DNA of 40,159 nucleotides from a virus. The notes under the pieces were generated by a model. It did not search any database, had not been told where the DNA came from, and worked only from the letters and a program-made list of their open reading frames with translations. Below are positions 8,171 to 16,985 of this stretch, piece by piece. Position numbers and translations under genes: made by a program. The stretch lies in UHGV virus genome UHGV-0014911. One strand, written 5' to 3'. Position 1 is the first letter of the stretch. Every line of letters begins with the position of its first letter.

Positions 8171-8728
8171 ATGGCTACGATCCCAGCCCTCACTCAACCT
8201 GAAATCACCATTGACAACGGCCAGGCCGTTACCACTTCTTTGGCTGTTGCCAACTTCTTCTCCAAGCGTCACGACGATGTGCTGAAAAAGATCCGCACTC
8301 TGGATTGTTCCCCTGAGTTTTGTGCCCGCAATTTTGCGGAGACATCGATTTCGGTAAATCAACCGAACGGTGGTACACGCAAGCTCCCTTGCTATCAAAT
8401 CACACGAGACGGTTTTGCATTTCTTGCTATGGGTTTCACGGGTAAACGTGCTGCCCGGTTCAAAGAGGCATACATAAATGCCTTTAACCAGATGGAAAAA
8501 CTGCTTTCAAAGCCATCCACGCTGAGCGATGCCGCAGATAACGCCAGCGTGCTTTACTCCCACCTGTCGGTAATCCACAAGGTCTGGCTGCAGCAGCTTT
8601 ATCCCATGTTGGCAAAAGCCGAATCCCCGCTGGCTGTAAGTCTGTATGACCGCATCAACGACGCGGCGCTACTGGCCAGTCTCATAAATTTGTCGCTGAA
8701 CCCTTCAGAGGTAAGGGGGCGCAAATGA
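8171..8728 (+). CDS. Rha-family phage regulatory protein (antirepressor-like)
   Basis: pRha-type motif (TTSLAVANFFSKRHDDVLKKIRTL ... YQITRDGFAFLAMGFTGKRAARFKEAYINAFNQME). Start placed at the ATG at 8171 with RBS GGAGG 8 nt upstream. The frame stays open upstream to 7568, so the N-terminal boundary is uncertain. Confidence 0.7.
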   Translation: MATIPALTQPEITIDNGQAVTTSLAVANFFSKRHDDVLKKIRTLDCSPEFCARNFAETSISVNQPNGGTRKLPCYQITRDGFAFLAMGFTGKRAARFKEAYINAFNQMEKLLSKPSTLSDAADNASVLYSHLSVIHKVWLQQLYPMLAKAESPLAVSLYDRINDAALLASLINLSLNPSEVRGRK

Positions 8729-8949
8729 TCCGGAATATTTTCAAACGGTTTACCAATCATACTTTCCGTTGTCCTCGTCCGGGTCAGTGGTACACCACGC
8801 CTGCAGGGCATGTTCTACGTGTTAGCCTGGTTGACCGTGAATGTCAGAAGGTGATTTGTGAACCGCTGGGCCGTAATTACCGCGTCAGTATGCCGCTTAT
8901 AGCCTTTCGCTCCGGAAAAAACATGAAGCATCTCGGAGGTGCTGCATGA
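8725..8949 (+). CDS. Hypothetical protein (74 aa)
   Basis: ATGA start/stop overlap with the preceding gene suggests translational coupling. Confidence 0.4.
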   Translation: MIRNIFKRFTNHTFRCPRPGQWYTTPAGHVLRVSLVDRECQKVICEPLGRNYRVSMPLIAFRSGKNMKHLGGAA

Positions 8950-9764
8950 GTATGGAGTTGATGGTTAAAGCGATGAAAATTCGAGTGGGAAATCCATTGC
9001 GAAAACTGGTTCTGATTAAGCTGGCTGATAATGCCAGCGATCAGGGTGAGTGCTGGCCCAGCTACCAGCATATTGCTGACCAGTGCGAGATTAGCAAACG
9101 TTCTGTGATGAATCATATTGCGGCCCTTTGTGAGTCCGGGCTGGTAAAAAAAGTCACCCGGAAAGGTGAAAAAGGTAACTCAAGTAATATCTATCTCCTT
9201 CATCTGGATGGTGCAGGAGATTCACTAGGGGGTAGTGCAAATAATTCACTATCTGGTGCAGCAAATTCACCAGGTAGTGCAGGAGTTGCACCAGGGGGTA
9301 GTGCAGGAGATTCACCCAGAACCAGTCACTCTTTTGAACCAGTCAAAGAACCAGTCAATGAACCAATAGCTGTTGGTGCATCAGTTGATGAGTCCGTGCG
9401 AGTTCGTTCAAACCGACCGGAATACTCTCTGGAGTTTGAGCAGGCATGGCTGGCATATCCCAAACGTGCTGGTGGCAATTCAAAATCTGCAGCCTTCAAA
9501 GCCTGGAAAGCCCGTTTGAATGAGGGGGTAAACCCCGAAACCATGCTGGAAGGTGTGAAACGCTACGCGGGCTGGGTATCTGCGATGGGTAACAGCGGCA
9601 CACAATTTGTGAAACAGGCTGTCACGTTCTTTGGTCCGGATCGTCATTTCGAAGAATCCTGGGAAGTTCCTGCGGTATCTGCAGCCAGACGCGAGGACCC
9701 GTACTTCAAAGCCAGTTACGACAACGTGGACTACAGCCAGATCCCGGCAGGATTCAGGGGGTAA
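8946..9764 (+). CDS. Putative replication initiation protein (N-terminal HTH, repeat-encoded linker, conserved C-terminal domain)
   Basis: 272 aa with RBS GGAGG. N-terminal winged-helix-like segment (LADNASDQGECWPSYQHIADQCEISKRSVMNHIAAL) and C-terminal motif EFEQAWLAYPKRAGGNSKSAAFKAWKARL, which I recall from phage replication proteins. Confidence 0.5.
   Translation: MSMELMVKAMKIRVGNPLRKLVLIKLADNASDQGECWPSYQHIADQCEISKRSVMNHIAALCESGLVKKVTRKGEKGNSSNIYLLHLDGAGDSLGGSANNSLSGAANSPGSAGVAPGGSAGDSPRTSHSFEPVKEPVNEPIAVGASVDESVRVRSNRPEYSLEFEQAWLAYPKRAGGNSKSAAFKAWKARLNEGVNPETMLEGVKRYAGWVSAMGNSGTQFVKQAVTFFGPDRHFEESWEVPAVSAARREDPYFKASYDNVDYSQIPAGFRG
9210..9315. repeat. Degenerate tandem DNA repeats encoding a Gly/Ser/Ala-rich linker inside the replication protein gene
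   Basis: GGTGCAGGAGATTCAC occurs at 9210 and again at 9300; GGTAGTGCA recurs several times. Translation is GAGDSLGGSANNSLSGAANSPGSAGVAPGGSAGDSP. Confidence 0.6.
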
Positions 9765-9766
9765 TC

Positions 9767-10255
9767 ATGAGTCTTTTGAATGAAGTTCAGAAATTCATTG
9801 AAGCCCATCCGGGGTGTACTTCCGGAGACATTGCGGATGCTTTTGCAGGTTACTCACGGCAGCGCGTTCTGCAGTCAGCAAGCAAGTTACGTCAGAGTGG
9901 GCGTGTGGCTCACCGTTGTGAAGGGGATACACGCAGACATTTCCCGCGCCAGACAAAGGTATCGCCGGAGGCGGAACGGCAACCAGTTCGTGAAACCAGA
10001 CCTGTGCGCAATTTCTATGTCGGCACTAACGACCCGCGGGAGATTTTATGCCTGACCCGCCAGGCTGAAGAACTGGAGTCCAGGGGCTTATACCGTCGTG
10101 CTGCAACGGTGTGGATGGCGGCATTCCGTGAAAGCCACTCCCAGCCAGAACGAAACAATTTTCTGGCGCGTCGTGAGCAGTGTTTACGGAAAAGCAGCAA
10201 GCGCGCTGTATCGGGTGATGAGTGGTATCTGTCAGGGAATTACGTGGGGGCTTAA
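9767..10255 (+). CDS. Hypothetical protein with a PerC-like C-terminal motif (possible transcriptional activator)
   Basis: 162 aa; segment RQAEELESRGLYRRAATVWMAAF resembles what I recall of PerC-family proteins. Confidence 0.35.
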   Translation: MSLLNEVQKFIEAHPGCTSGDIADAFAGYSRQRVLQSASKLRQSGRVAHRCEGDTRRHFPRQTKVSPEAERQPVRETRPVRNFYVGTNDPREILCLTRQAEELESRGLYRRAATVWMAAFRESHSQPERNNFLARREQCLRKSSKRAVSGDEWYLSGNYVGA

Positions 10256-10908
10256 TGAGTAATAAATATTGCCAGGCGCTGGTGGAACTGCGGAACAAAC
10301 CAGCCCATGAACTGAAGGAAGTGGGCGATCAGTGGCGCACGCCGGACAACATTTTCTGGGGAATTAACACCCTGTTTGGTCCGTTTGTTCTGGATCTGTT
10401 CACTGACGGTGATAACGCCAAATGTGCTGCGTATTACACGGCGGAAGACAACGCGCTGGCGCATGACTGGTCAGAACGCCTTGCGGAGCTTAAAGGTGCT
10501 GCCTTTGGAAATCCCCCATACAGCCGCGCCAGTCAGCATGAGGGGCAATACATCACCGGCATGCGTTACATCATGAAGCATGCCAGTGCCATGCGTGATA
10601 AGGGCGGGCGCTATGTTTTCCTGATCAAAGCTGCCACCAGCGAAGTGTGGTGGCCGGAAGATGCAGATCATATTGCTTTTATTCGCGGGCGTATTGGTTT
10701 TGAACTGCCTGCCTGGTTTATCCCGAAGGATGAGAAGCAGGTGCCGACAGGCGCTTTCTTCGCTGGTGCTATTGCTGTTTTCGACAAGACCTGGAAGGGA
10801 CCGGCAATCAGCTACATCGGGCGCGATGAACTTGAGGCATGTGGTGAGGCGTTTCTGGCGCAGGTTCGCCAGCAGGCGGAAAAACTGGTCAGGGAGATGG
10901 CGGCATGA
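10255..10908 (+). CDS. Phage N6-adenine DNA methyltransferase (Dam-like, orphan)
   Basis: Catalytic NPPY motif (FGNPPYS). Start placed at the ATG at 10255, overlapping the upstream stop (TAATG) with a G-rich RBS. No adjacent restriction endonuclease gene. Confidence 0.75.
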   Translation: MSNKYCQALVELRNKPAHELKEVGDQWRTPDNIFWGINTLFGPFVLDLFTDGDNAKCAAYYTAEDNALAHDWSERLAELKGAAFGNPPYSRASQHEGQYITGMRYIMKHASAMRDKGGRYVFLIKAATSEVWWPEDADHIAFIRGRIGFELPAWFIPKDEKQVPTGAFFAGAIAVFDKTWKGPAISYIGRDELEACGEAFLAQVRQQAEKLVREMAA

Positions 10909-11231
10909 CGACGTTAACTCAATGCCAGCAGCAGGTGCTGGATATGCTGATTTCTTATCAGAAAGAACGTGGCTTCCCGCCAACCAATCAGGAGGTGGCA
11001 ACCATGCTGGGATACCGTTCAGTGAATGCAGCGGTGGAGCATCTTCGCGCACTGGAGAAAAAAGGCGTCATCACGATAAAGCGTGGCGTGGCCCGGGGGA
11101 TAACGCTTCATACCGCGGTGAAGGACGACGACAGCGAGGCGGTCGGGATTATCCGCGCACTGCTTGCCGGTGAGGAAAACGCAAGGCTGCGTGCAACCCA
11201 CTGGTTACATGAGAGGGACCTGAAAGTATGA
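10905..11231 (+). CDS. Stand-alone LexA N-terminal DNA-binding-domain protein (no peptidase domain)
   Basis: 108 aa; LTQCQQQVLDMLISYQKERGFPPTNQEVATMLGYRSVNAAVEHLRALEKKGVITIKRGVARGITL aligns by eye with the LexA winged-helix domain. The ORF stops before any S24 peptidase domain. Confidence 0.65.
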   Translation: MTTLTQCQQQVLDMLISYQKERGFPPTNQEVATMLGYRSVNAAVEHLRALEKKGVITIKRGVARGITLHTAVKDDDSEAVGIIRALLAGEENARLRATHWLHERDLKV

Positions 11232-11617
11232 AGCTGATCCTGCCTTTTCCGCCCAGCGTGAACACGTACTGGCGACACCCTAACAAAGGGGCGTTTGCAG
11301 GTAAGAGCCTGATAAGCGCGGCGGGGCGCAAATTCCAGAGCGCGGCGTGCGCAGCAATAGTTGAGCAGTTACGTCGTCTGCCGAAACCAACGTCGGCACC
11401 TGCTTCAGTGGAGATCGTGTTGTTTCCTCCGGATAACCGGATCCGCGATCTGGACAACTATAACAAGGCACTGTTTGACGCCCTGACCCACGCGGGTGTG
11501 TGGGAAGACGACAGTCAGGTGAAAAGAATGCTGGTGGAGTGGGGACCGGTTATCCCGGAAGGGAAGGTCGAGATCACTATCAGTAAGTACGAGAAAACGG
11601 CGGGTGCAGCCGCCTGA
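11228..11617 (+). CDS. rusA: RusA-family Holliday junction resolvase
   Basis: 129 aa with typical RusA motifs (LPFPPSVNTYWRH ... RDLDNYNKALFDALTHAGVWEDDSQV). Confidence 0.85.
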   Translation: MKLILPFPPSVNTYWRHPNKGAFAGKSLISAAGRKFQSAACAAIVEQLRRLPKPTSAPASVEIVLFPPDNRIRDLDNYNKALFDALTHAGVWEDDSQVKRMLVEWGPVIPEGKVEITISKYEKTAGAAA

Positions 11618-11636
11618 TTAAGAGGAGAAACGAAGT

Positions 11637-12434
11637 ATGAATAATCTGATGGTCATTGATGGTATTGAAGTTCGTCGTGATGCTTATGGGCGTTACAGCC
11701 TGAACGATCTGCACAGGGCTGCCGGTTCTCAGGATAAGCATAAGCCTGCATTCTGGCTCCGCAATGAGCAAACCGAACGTTTAATAAGCGAGTTGCAGAT
11801 TTGCAACTCGGTCAATATAGAGCCAGTTAACGTTAGTCGTGGCGGAAATAACCAAGGGACGTATGTCTGCAAAGAACTGGTGTATGCCTATGCAATGTGG
11901 ATCAGCCCGTCATTCCATCTGAAGGTGATCCGTACTTTCGATATGGTAACCAGCGCACCGGAAAAATTATCCGGGCAGGCTGCTGACAAGATGCAGGCTG
12001 GCGTGATTCTGCTGGACTTTATGCGCCGGGAGTTAAACCTGTCTAACTCATCTGTGCTTGGGGCCTGTCAGAAACTCCAGGAGGCTGTTGGCTTACCGAA
12101 TCTGGCACCACGCTATGCCATTGATGCTCCTGCTGACGCGCCTGATGGCTCAAGTCGCCCTACGCTGTCGCTGAGTGCACTGCTGAAACAGTATGGTATC
12201 CGCCTGACGGCTAATCAGGCATATCACCAGATGGCGAAGCTGGGGATCGTTGAACAACGCGAACGATACAGCCGTACTGCGATTAACAACATCAAAAAAT
12301 TCTGGTCGCTGACAGCGAAAGGCTGCATGTTCGGCAAGAACATCACCAGTCCCGCAAATCCGCGCGAGACGCAGCCGCACTTCTTCGAATCCCGATTCCC
12401 TGAGCTGTTAAAGCTGCTCGATACCGTTCATTGA
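11637..12434 (+). CDS. KilA-N domain protein
   Basis: N-terminal KilA-N-type signature (RYSLNDLHRAAG ... KPAFWLRNEQT ... GTYVCKELVYAYAMWISPSFHLKVI). Confidence 0.7.
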   Translation: MNNLMVIDGIEVRRDAYGRYSLNDLHRAAGSQDKHKPAFWLRNEQTERLISELQICNSVNIEPVNVSRGGNNQGTYVCKELVYAYAMWISPSFHLKVIRTFDMVTSAPEKLSGQAADKMQAGVILLDFMRRELNLSNSSVLGACQKLQEAVGLPNLAPRYAIDAPADAPDGSSRPTLSLSALLKQYGIRLTANQAYHQMAKLGIVEQRERYSRTAINNIKKFWSLTAKGCMFGKNITSPANPRETQPHFFESRFPELLKLLDTVH

Positions 12435-12435
12435 G

Positions 12436-13431
12436 GTGACCGTGAGAGCACTACTGACCCCTGAAATTGCCCCGCGTATGGGGATCGTATTGTTCAGGCC
12501 AGGTTCAGAGCTGATGCCCCTGTTTATGCAGGGGCGTGTCCTGCTGGAGCCTGAGCCGGAGCGTTATTCATCTTTCGCCAGTGGTGCCGTTCCGGCGGCA
12601 TCACAACCGCTGGCGGATGATCCTGCCGTTCGGGCCGTGTTCCGCAATGAGGCAGTTATTCGTCGTGCTGGTGGCGTGGAATGTCTTGAAAGCTGGTTAC
12701 TTCGTGAAAAGGGCTGTCAGTGGCCTCATTCCGACTGGCACAGCGAGAACATGACCACAATGCGACACGCTCCGGGCGCAATCCGTCTGTGCTGGCACTG
12801 CGATAACCAGCTGCGCGATCAGTTCACGGAACGGCTGGAATCAATGGCAACGGATAACTGTGCCCGCTGGGTGTTGTCTGTTGTGCGTCGGGATCTCGGT
12901 TTTTATGACAGTCACGTTGTGACAATGCCGGAACTGTGCTGGTGGCTGATTCGTAATGACCTGGCGGATGCCTTACCGGAAAGTGCAGCCCGTAAGGCAC
13001 TGAGATTACCAAAGCCTGTTGTGCCGTCTGTCACCCGGGAAAGTGACCTTGTGCCTTCGGTTCCTGCCACCAGCATCATCCAGGATAAAGCGAAAAAGGT
13101 GCTGGCGCTGAAAGTGGATCCGGAGTCGCCGGAGTCTTTTATGTTACGCCCAAAACGTCGCCGCTGGGTTAATGAAAAGTACACGCGCTGGGTTAAGACA
13201 CAGCCGTGTGCATGTTGTGGAAAGCCCGCTGATGATCCCCACCACCTGATAGGTCACGGTCAGGGTGGAATGGGAACAAAAGCGCATGACCTTTTTGTGT
13301 TGCCTTTGTGCAGAAAGCATCACGACGAGCTGCATGCGGATACCGTGGCATTTGAAGAGAAGTATGGCTCCCAGCTGGAGCTGATATTTCGTTTTATCGA
13401 TCGTGCGCTGGCAATTGGCGTATTGGCGTAA
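12436..13431 (+). CDS. DUF968-type phage protein with C-terminal Cys/His (HNH-like) motif
   Basis: 331 aa, GTG start. C-terminus CACCGKPADDPHHLIGHGQGGMGTKAHDLFVLPLCRKHHDELH. Sits in the nin-region position upstream of Q. Confidence 0.6.
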   Translation: MTVRALLTPEIAPRMGIVLFRPGSELMPLFMQGRVLLEPEPERYSSFASGAVPAASQPLADDPAVRAVFRNEAVIRRAGGVECLESWLLREKGCQWPHSDWHSENMTTMRHAPGAIRLCWHCDNQLRDQFTERLESMATDNCARWVLSVVRRDLGFYDSHVVTMPELCWWLIRNDLADALPESAARKALRLPKPVVPSVTRESDLVPSVPATSIIQDKAKKVLALKVDPESPESFMLRPKRRRWVNEKYTRWVKTQPCACCGKPADDPHHLIGHGQGGMGTKAHDLFVLPLCRKHHDELHADTVAFEEKYGSQLELIFRFIDRALAIGVLA

Positions 13432-13444
13432 GTGGAGAACGAGC

Positions 13445-14197
13445 ATGAACCTTGAAGCCTTACCAAAATATTACTCCCCAAAATCTCCAAAATTGAGCGA
13501 TGACGCACCGGCGACAGGCTCTGGTGGTTTAACAATTACGGATGTAATGGCTGCGCAGGGGATGGTGCAGTCGAAAGCACCGCTTGGGTTTGCCTTATTC
13601 CTGGCAAAAGTTGGTGTTCAGGATCCTCAGTTTGCGATTGAAGGTCTGCTCAATTACGCGATGGCACTGGATAACCCGACATTGAACAAATTGAGTGAAG
13701 AAACCCGGCTACAGATCATTCCTTACCTTGTGAATTTTGCCTTTGCTGATTATTCCAGGTCTGCGGCAAGTAAGGCTCGCTGTGAGCATTGTGCTGGTAC
13801 TGGATTTCATGATGTATTGCGCGAGGTGGTGAAACACTCCAGAAGCGGGGAATCTGTTATCAAGGAAGAGTGGGGGAAGGAACTATGTCAGCATTGTCAT
13901 GGTAAGGGAGAAGTCAGCACAGCGTGCAGAGGGTGTAAGGGTAAAGGTATTGTCCTGGATGAAAAAAGAACCCGGCTTCATGGCACGCCTGTTTATAAGA
14001 TTTGTGGGCGTTGCAATGGAAACCGGTTTAGCCGTTTACCAACCACACTGGCGCGGAATCATGTCCAGAAGCTGGTAGCGGACCTGACTGATTATCAGTG
14101 GTACAAAGGATATGCAAATGTCATTGATAAACTGGTGACAAAGTGCTGGCAGGAGGAATCTTACGCTGAAGCACAATTGAGAAAGGTGACGAGATAA
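13445..14197 (+). CDS. Late-gene antitermination protein Q-like (zinc-binding)
   Basis: Located immediately before the late promoter/terminator and lysis genes, with multiple CxxC pairs (CEHCAGTG ... CQHCHGKG ... CRGCKGKG ... CGRCNG). Start placed at the ATG at 13445 with RBS GGAGA. Confidence 0.6.
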   Translation: MNLEALPKYYSPKSPKLSDDAPATGSGGLTITDVMAAQGMVQSKAPLGFALFLAKVGVQDPQFAIEGLLNYAMALDNPTLNKLSEETRLQIIPYLVNFAFADYSRSAASKARCEHCAGTGFHDVLREVVKHSRSGESVIKEEWGKELCQHCHGKGEVSTACRGCKGKGIVLDEKRTRLHGTPVYKICGRCNGNRFSRLPTTLARNHVQKLVADLTDYQWYKGYANVIDKLVTKCWQEESYAEAQLRKVTR

Positions 14198-14228
14198 GTA
14201 ATTTTCGCCGAAGATGGCGACATGATGC

Positions 14229-14257
14229 TTGCATTTTTCAAAAAATATGGTTAGGAT
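14229..14257 (+). promoter_or_regulatory. Candidate late promoter PR' (TTGCAT, 17-bp spacer, TAGGAT)
   Basis: A sigma-70-like -35/-10 pair 30 bp after the Q stop, followed 50 bp later by an intrinsic terminator. This matches the Q-utilisation layout of lambdoid phages. Confidence 0.4.
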
Positions 14258-14304
14258 TTCCCTAACGATGGGCTTTGTGTGTCTACCGTTGATAATCTTC
14301 AAGA

Positions 14305-14327
14305 AACCGCCACCGAGCGGTTTTTTA
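14305..14327 (+). terminator. Rho-independent terminator (tR'-like) downstream of the candidate late promoter
   Basis: Hairpin AACCGC-caccga-GCGGTT followed by a T run. Confidence 0.6.
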
Positions 14328-14485
14328 TTGATGTCAATTGTGTTTTTAAGGCTCTCCTTCCTTAAAGTGTGTTGTACAAAAAACTGGCAGCCAGCTACGC
14401 TCATTTTGAAAAAGTGACACCCTTCAATGTTTCTTTTGAATGGAATTGCTACCCATAAATCTCTATCAAAAACAGGAGAGCATAT

Positions 14486-14728
14486 ATGGTGGAGCGTTGT
14501 TCTGTTTGTGAGCAGTCATTAAGTTATTCACGAGAAGTTGAACAAGATGGCGTTGAATATAAATCTTGCCCAAAATGTTCTGCTGATGCCGGAGTGCACG
14601 TTTTTTATAAAACAATAGACTTTGGTTATAGGGATATGGGAGACGGCAGACATATCGTTCAGTCATGGTGTCCGGCTTGCCGTTCTGGTGAAAAACCTTC
14701 TATACCACCAGCATTTAAATGTTGTTAA
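14486..14728 (+). CDS. Small Cys-rich zinc-ribbon-like protein (80 aa)
   Basis: Three CxxC pairs (CSVCEQ, CPKCSA, CPACRS) and RBS AGGAGA 6 nt upstream; lies between two terminators ahead of the holin. Confidence 0.45.
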   Translation: MVERCSVCEQSLSYSREVEQDGVEYKSCPKCSADAGVHVFYKTIDFGYRDMGDGRHIVQSWCPACRSGEKPSIPPAFKCC

Positions 14729-14746
14729 CTCAATGAATTATAAAAA

Positions 14747-14773
14747 GAGGCTGCCTGTGGGCGGCCTTTTTTG
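14747..14773 (+). terminator. Rho-independent terminator
   Basis: Hairpin AGGCTGCC-tgtg-GGCGGCCT with one mismatch, followed by TTTTTT. Confidence 0.55.
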
Positions 14774-14859
14774 TGCACTACGCATCTTTTGCGACTCAAC
14801 GCTATAACCAGCTTCTTCCCCTTCACTCGTTGCACTTCCGATAACCGGAGGTGGGAATT

Positions 14860-15201
14860 ATGAAAATGCATAACGATCCTCATTCTTGGTCTGACTTACT
14901 TGAATTGTTACAGAGCTGGTGGCGTGGAGACACACCGCTGGGCGCAGTAATTATGTCGATCGTTATGGCTGGCTTGCGCATTGCCTATTTTGGCGGTGGT
15001 GGTGGCTGGAAGCGAAAAACGCTCGAGATTTTGCTCTGTGGCGCTCTGACTCTGACTTTTGCATCCGCTCTTGAGTATGTCGGATGGCCTAAATCTCTTT
15101 CTGTTGCCATTGGTGGCGGCGTTGGGCTGATCGGGGTCGATGCTATTCGTGGGGCTGCAATGCGAGTAATCGGTAACAAATTTGGTAGCTCGAAGGAGTA
15201 A
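14860..15201 (+). CDS. S: Holin (lambda S-like) with dual-start MKM motif
   Basis: Start placed at the ATG at 14860 (RBS GGAGG 9 nt upstream), giving MKMHNDPH... with a second Met two codons later. Hydrophobic segments and a charged C-terminus; directly upstream of the endolysin. Confidence 0.75.
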   Translation: MKMHNDPHSWSDLLELLQSWWRGDTPLGAVIMSIVMAGLRIAYFGGGGGWKRKTLEILLCGALTLTFASALEYVGWPKSLSVAIGGGVGLIGVDAIRGAAMRVIGNKFGSSKE

Positions 15202-15204
15202 TTT

Positions 15205-15681
15205 ATGCAGGAACTAAATCCTCAGCGTAAAGCTTTCCTTGATATGGTGGCCTGGTCAGAAGGAACGGATAACGGACGACAACCGACACGTAACCACGGT
15301 TATGACGTTATTGTCGGTGGCGAACTGTTCACTGATTACTCCGATCACCCTCGCAAACTTGTCACGCTAAACCCCAAACTCAAATCAACAGCCGCCGGAC
15401 GTTACCAGCTTCTTTCACGCTGGTGGGATGCTTACCGTAAACAGCTTGGCCTGAAAGACTTCTCCCCCAAAAGTCAGGACGCTGTTGCACTGCAGCAGAT
15501 TAAAGAGCGCGGCGCTTTACCGATGATTGATCGCGGTGATATCCGTCAGGCTATCGACCGCTGCAGCAATATCTGGGCTTCACTGCCGGGCGCTGGTTAT
15601 GGTCAGTTCGAGCATAAAGTTGACAGACTGATTGCAAAATTCAAAGACGCAGGCGGAACGGTTAGAGAGATTGAGGTATGA
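15205..15681 (+). CDS. R: Endolysin, lambda R-type lytic transglycosylase
   Basis: 158 aa, nearly identical over most of its length to lambda R as I recall it ([20 protein letters not shown] ... [53 protein letters not shown]). Confidence 0.95.
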   Translation: MQELNPQRKAFLDMVAWSEGTDNGRQPTRNHGYDVIVGGELFTDYSDHPRKLVTLNPKLKSTAAGRYQLLSRWWDAYRKQLGLKDFSPKSQDAVALQQIKERGALPMIDRGDIRQAIDRCSNIWASLPGAGYGQFEHKVDRLIAKFKDAGGTVREIEV

Positions 15682-16145
15682 GCAGAGTAACCGCGATTAT
15701 CTCCGCTCTGGTTATCTGCATCATCGTCTGCCTGTCATGGGCAGTTAATCATTACCGTGATAATGCAATCGCCTACAAAGAACAGCGCGATAAAAAAGTC
15801 AGTGAGCTGAAGCAGGCGACTGCCACCATTACTGACATGCAGCAGCGTCAGCGTACTGCTGATGCACTCGATGCTAAATACACGAAGGAGTTAGCTGATG
15901 CGAAAGCTGAAAATGATGCTCTTCGGCGCAAGCTTGATGATGGTGGCAGGGTGCTCGTCAAAGGAAAATCCCCTGTGCCATCCTCAGCCGAAACCTCCAG
16001 CGCCTCCGGCATGGGCAATGATGCCACCGTCGAACTCTCTCCAAGTGCTGGACGAAACGTTCTCGGTATCCGGGACGGAATTATCCGCGACCAAACAGCA
16101 CTGAGAGCGCTTCAGGAATACATTAGGACGCAATGCCTTCGATGA
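15678..16145 (+). CDS. Rz: i-spanin Rz
   Basis: N-terminal half matches lambda Rz ([31 protein letters not shown] ... [16 protein letters not shown]); the C-terminal half diverges. Confidence 0.9.
   Translation: MSRVTAIISALVICIIVCLSWAVNHYRDNAIAYKEQRDKKVSELKQATATITDMQQRQRTADALDAKYTKELADAKAENDALRRKLDDGGRVLVKGKSPVPSSAETSSASGMGNDATVELSPSAGRNVLGIRDGIIRDQTALRALQEYIRTQCLR
15898..16104 (+). CDS. Rz1: o-spanin Rz1, embedded in Rz in the +1 frame
   Basis: 68 aa, lipobox (MMVAGC), proline-rich ([11 protein letters not shown]), wholly inside the Rz gene as in lambda. Confidence 0.85.
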   Translation: MRKLKMMLFGASLMMVAGCSSKENPLCHPQPKPPAPPAWAMMPPSNSLQVLDETFSVSGTELSATKQH

Positions 16146-16319
16146 TAGCGATAATTTTACTCATCATCCTTCACATCTGGCTCTGTAGACAGGGTGGTGC
16201 TCACTTCTGGAGTGAATCCAGATTAAATATCTCATTGCTGATGCTTGAAGTTGAGCATATGGCGCGCGGTAAGGGGCTGCGTTGAGATAAGATCCAGTTC
16301 ATTACAAATACCAGGATTT

Positions 16320-16345
16320 AGCCTCGCATTCGCGGGGCTTTTTTA
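16320..16345 (+). terminator. Rho-independent terminator after the lysis cassette
   Basis: Hairpin AGCCTCGC-attc-GCGGGGCT followed by TTTTTT. Confidence 0.5.
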
Positions 16346-16487
16346 TATCTGAATTCACAGCGCATCTCACGCGCATATAAACGAGAGCCTTTCAGTAAGC
16401 GAGCCTGAGAAATGCCGTTATAGGTGGCGACCTCTCTCGGGCGGCTTTTCTGTGAGACAGGCTCACTTTCTAAAAGGTAAAGACGCT

Positions 16488-16985
16488 ATGAAAGCAATCA
16501 CGCTTTTTAATACACCGATCCGTGTTGATGAATCAGGAATGATCTGCCTCACTGATATGTGGAAAGCCAGTGGTAAAAGTGAATCTGAATCTCCGTACCA
16601 CTACCTGCGAAACAAGCAGACCAAAGAGTTCTTAGCCGAGCTGGAGAAAAACCACGAATCTGTGGTTTTTACTGAGCGCGGTGTACACGGTGGAACATAT
16701 GGCGGGAAGTTTGTTGCTTACGATTATGCGGCTTGGTTAAACCCCGGGTTCAAGTACGCGGCCTATAAAGTCCTCGATGACTACTTCACCGGAGAGCTTC
16801 ATCATCGGAACAGCTTAAGTGCGCAGCTCAACATGAAATGTCATGAGTTTGACCAGAAGAAAGACATGGCGAGCTTCTGCGGACAAGGGCTGGCGGCATG
16901 GCGCTATACGAAGCCAGTGTTGGTCGCTGAGATTAACTCCCTGGCTAACCAGCTGCAGATTACGATCCCCGGGCTTCCGGGATGA
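16488..16985 (+). CDS. KilA-N domain protein (second copy)
   Basis: Start placed at the ATG at 16488. KilA-N-like signature (ICLTDMWKASGKS ... YLRNKQTKEFLAELE ... GTYGGKFVAYDYAAWLNPGFKYAAYKVL). Confidence 0.6.
   Translation: MKAITLFNTPIRVDESGMICLTDMWKASGKSESESPYHYLRNKQTKEFLAELEKNHESVVFTERGVHGGTYGGKFVAYDYAAWLNPGFKYAAYKVLDDYFTGELHHRNSLSAQLNMKCHEFDQKKDMASFCGQGLAAWRYTKPVLVAEINSLANQLQITIPGLPG

Noticed and set aside
10471-11052. 193-aa minus-strand ORF across the methyltransferase and LexA-domain genes
   Set aside because: It lies antisense to two plus-strand genes with clear motifs and coupled starts; a typical GC-rich shadow frame.
16143-16286. 47-codon hydrophobic ORF overlapping the Rz stop codon
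   Set aside because: No clear RBS and too short to judge; noted only as a possibility and not called.
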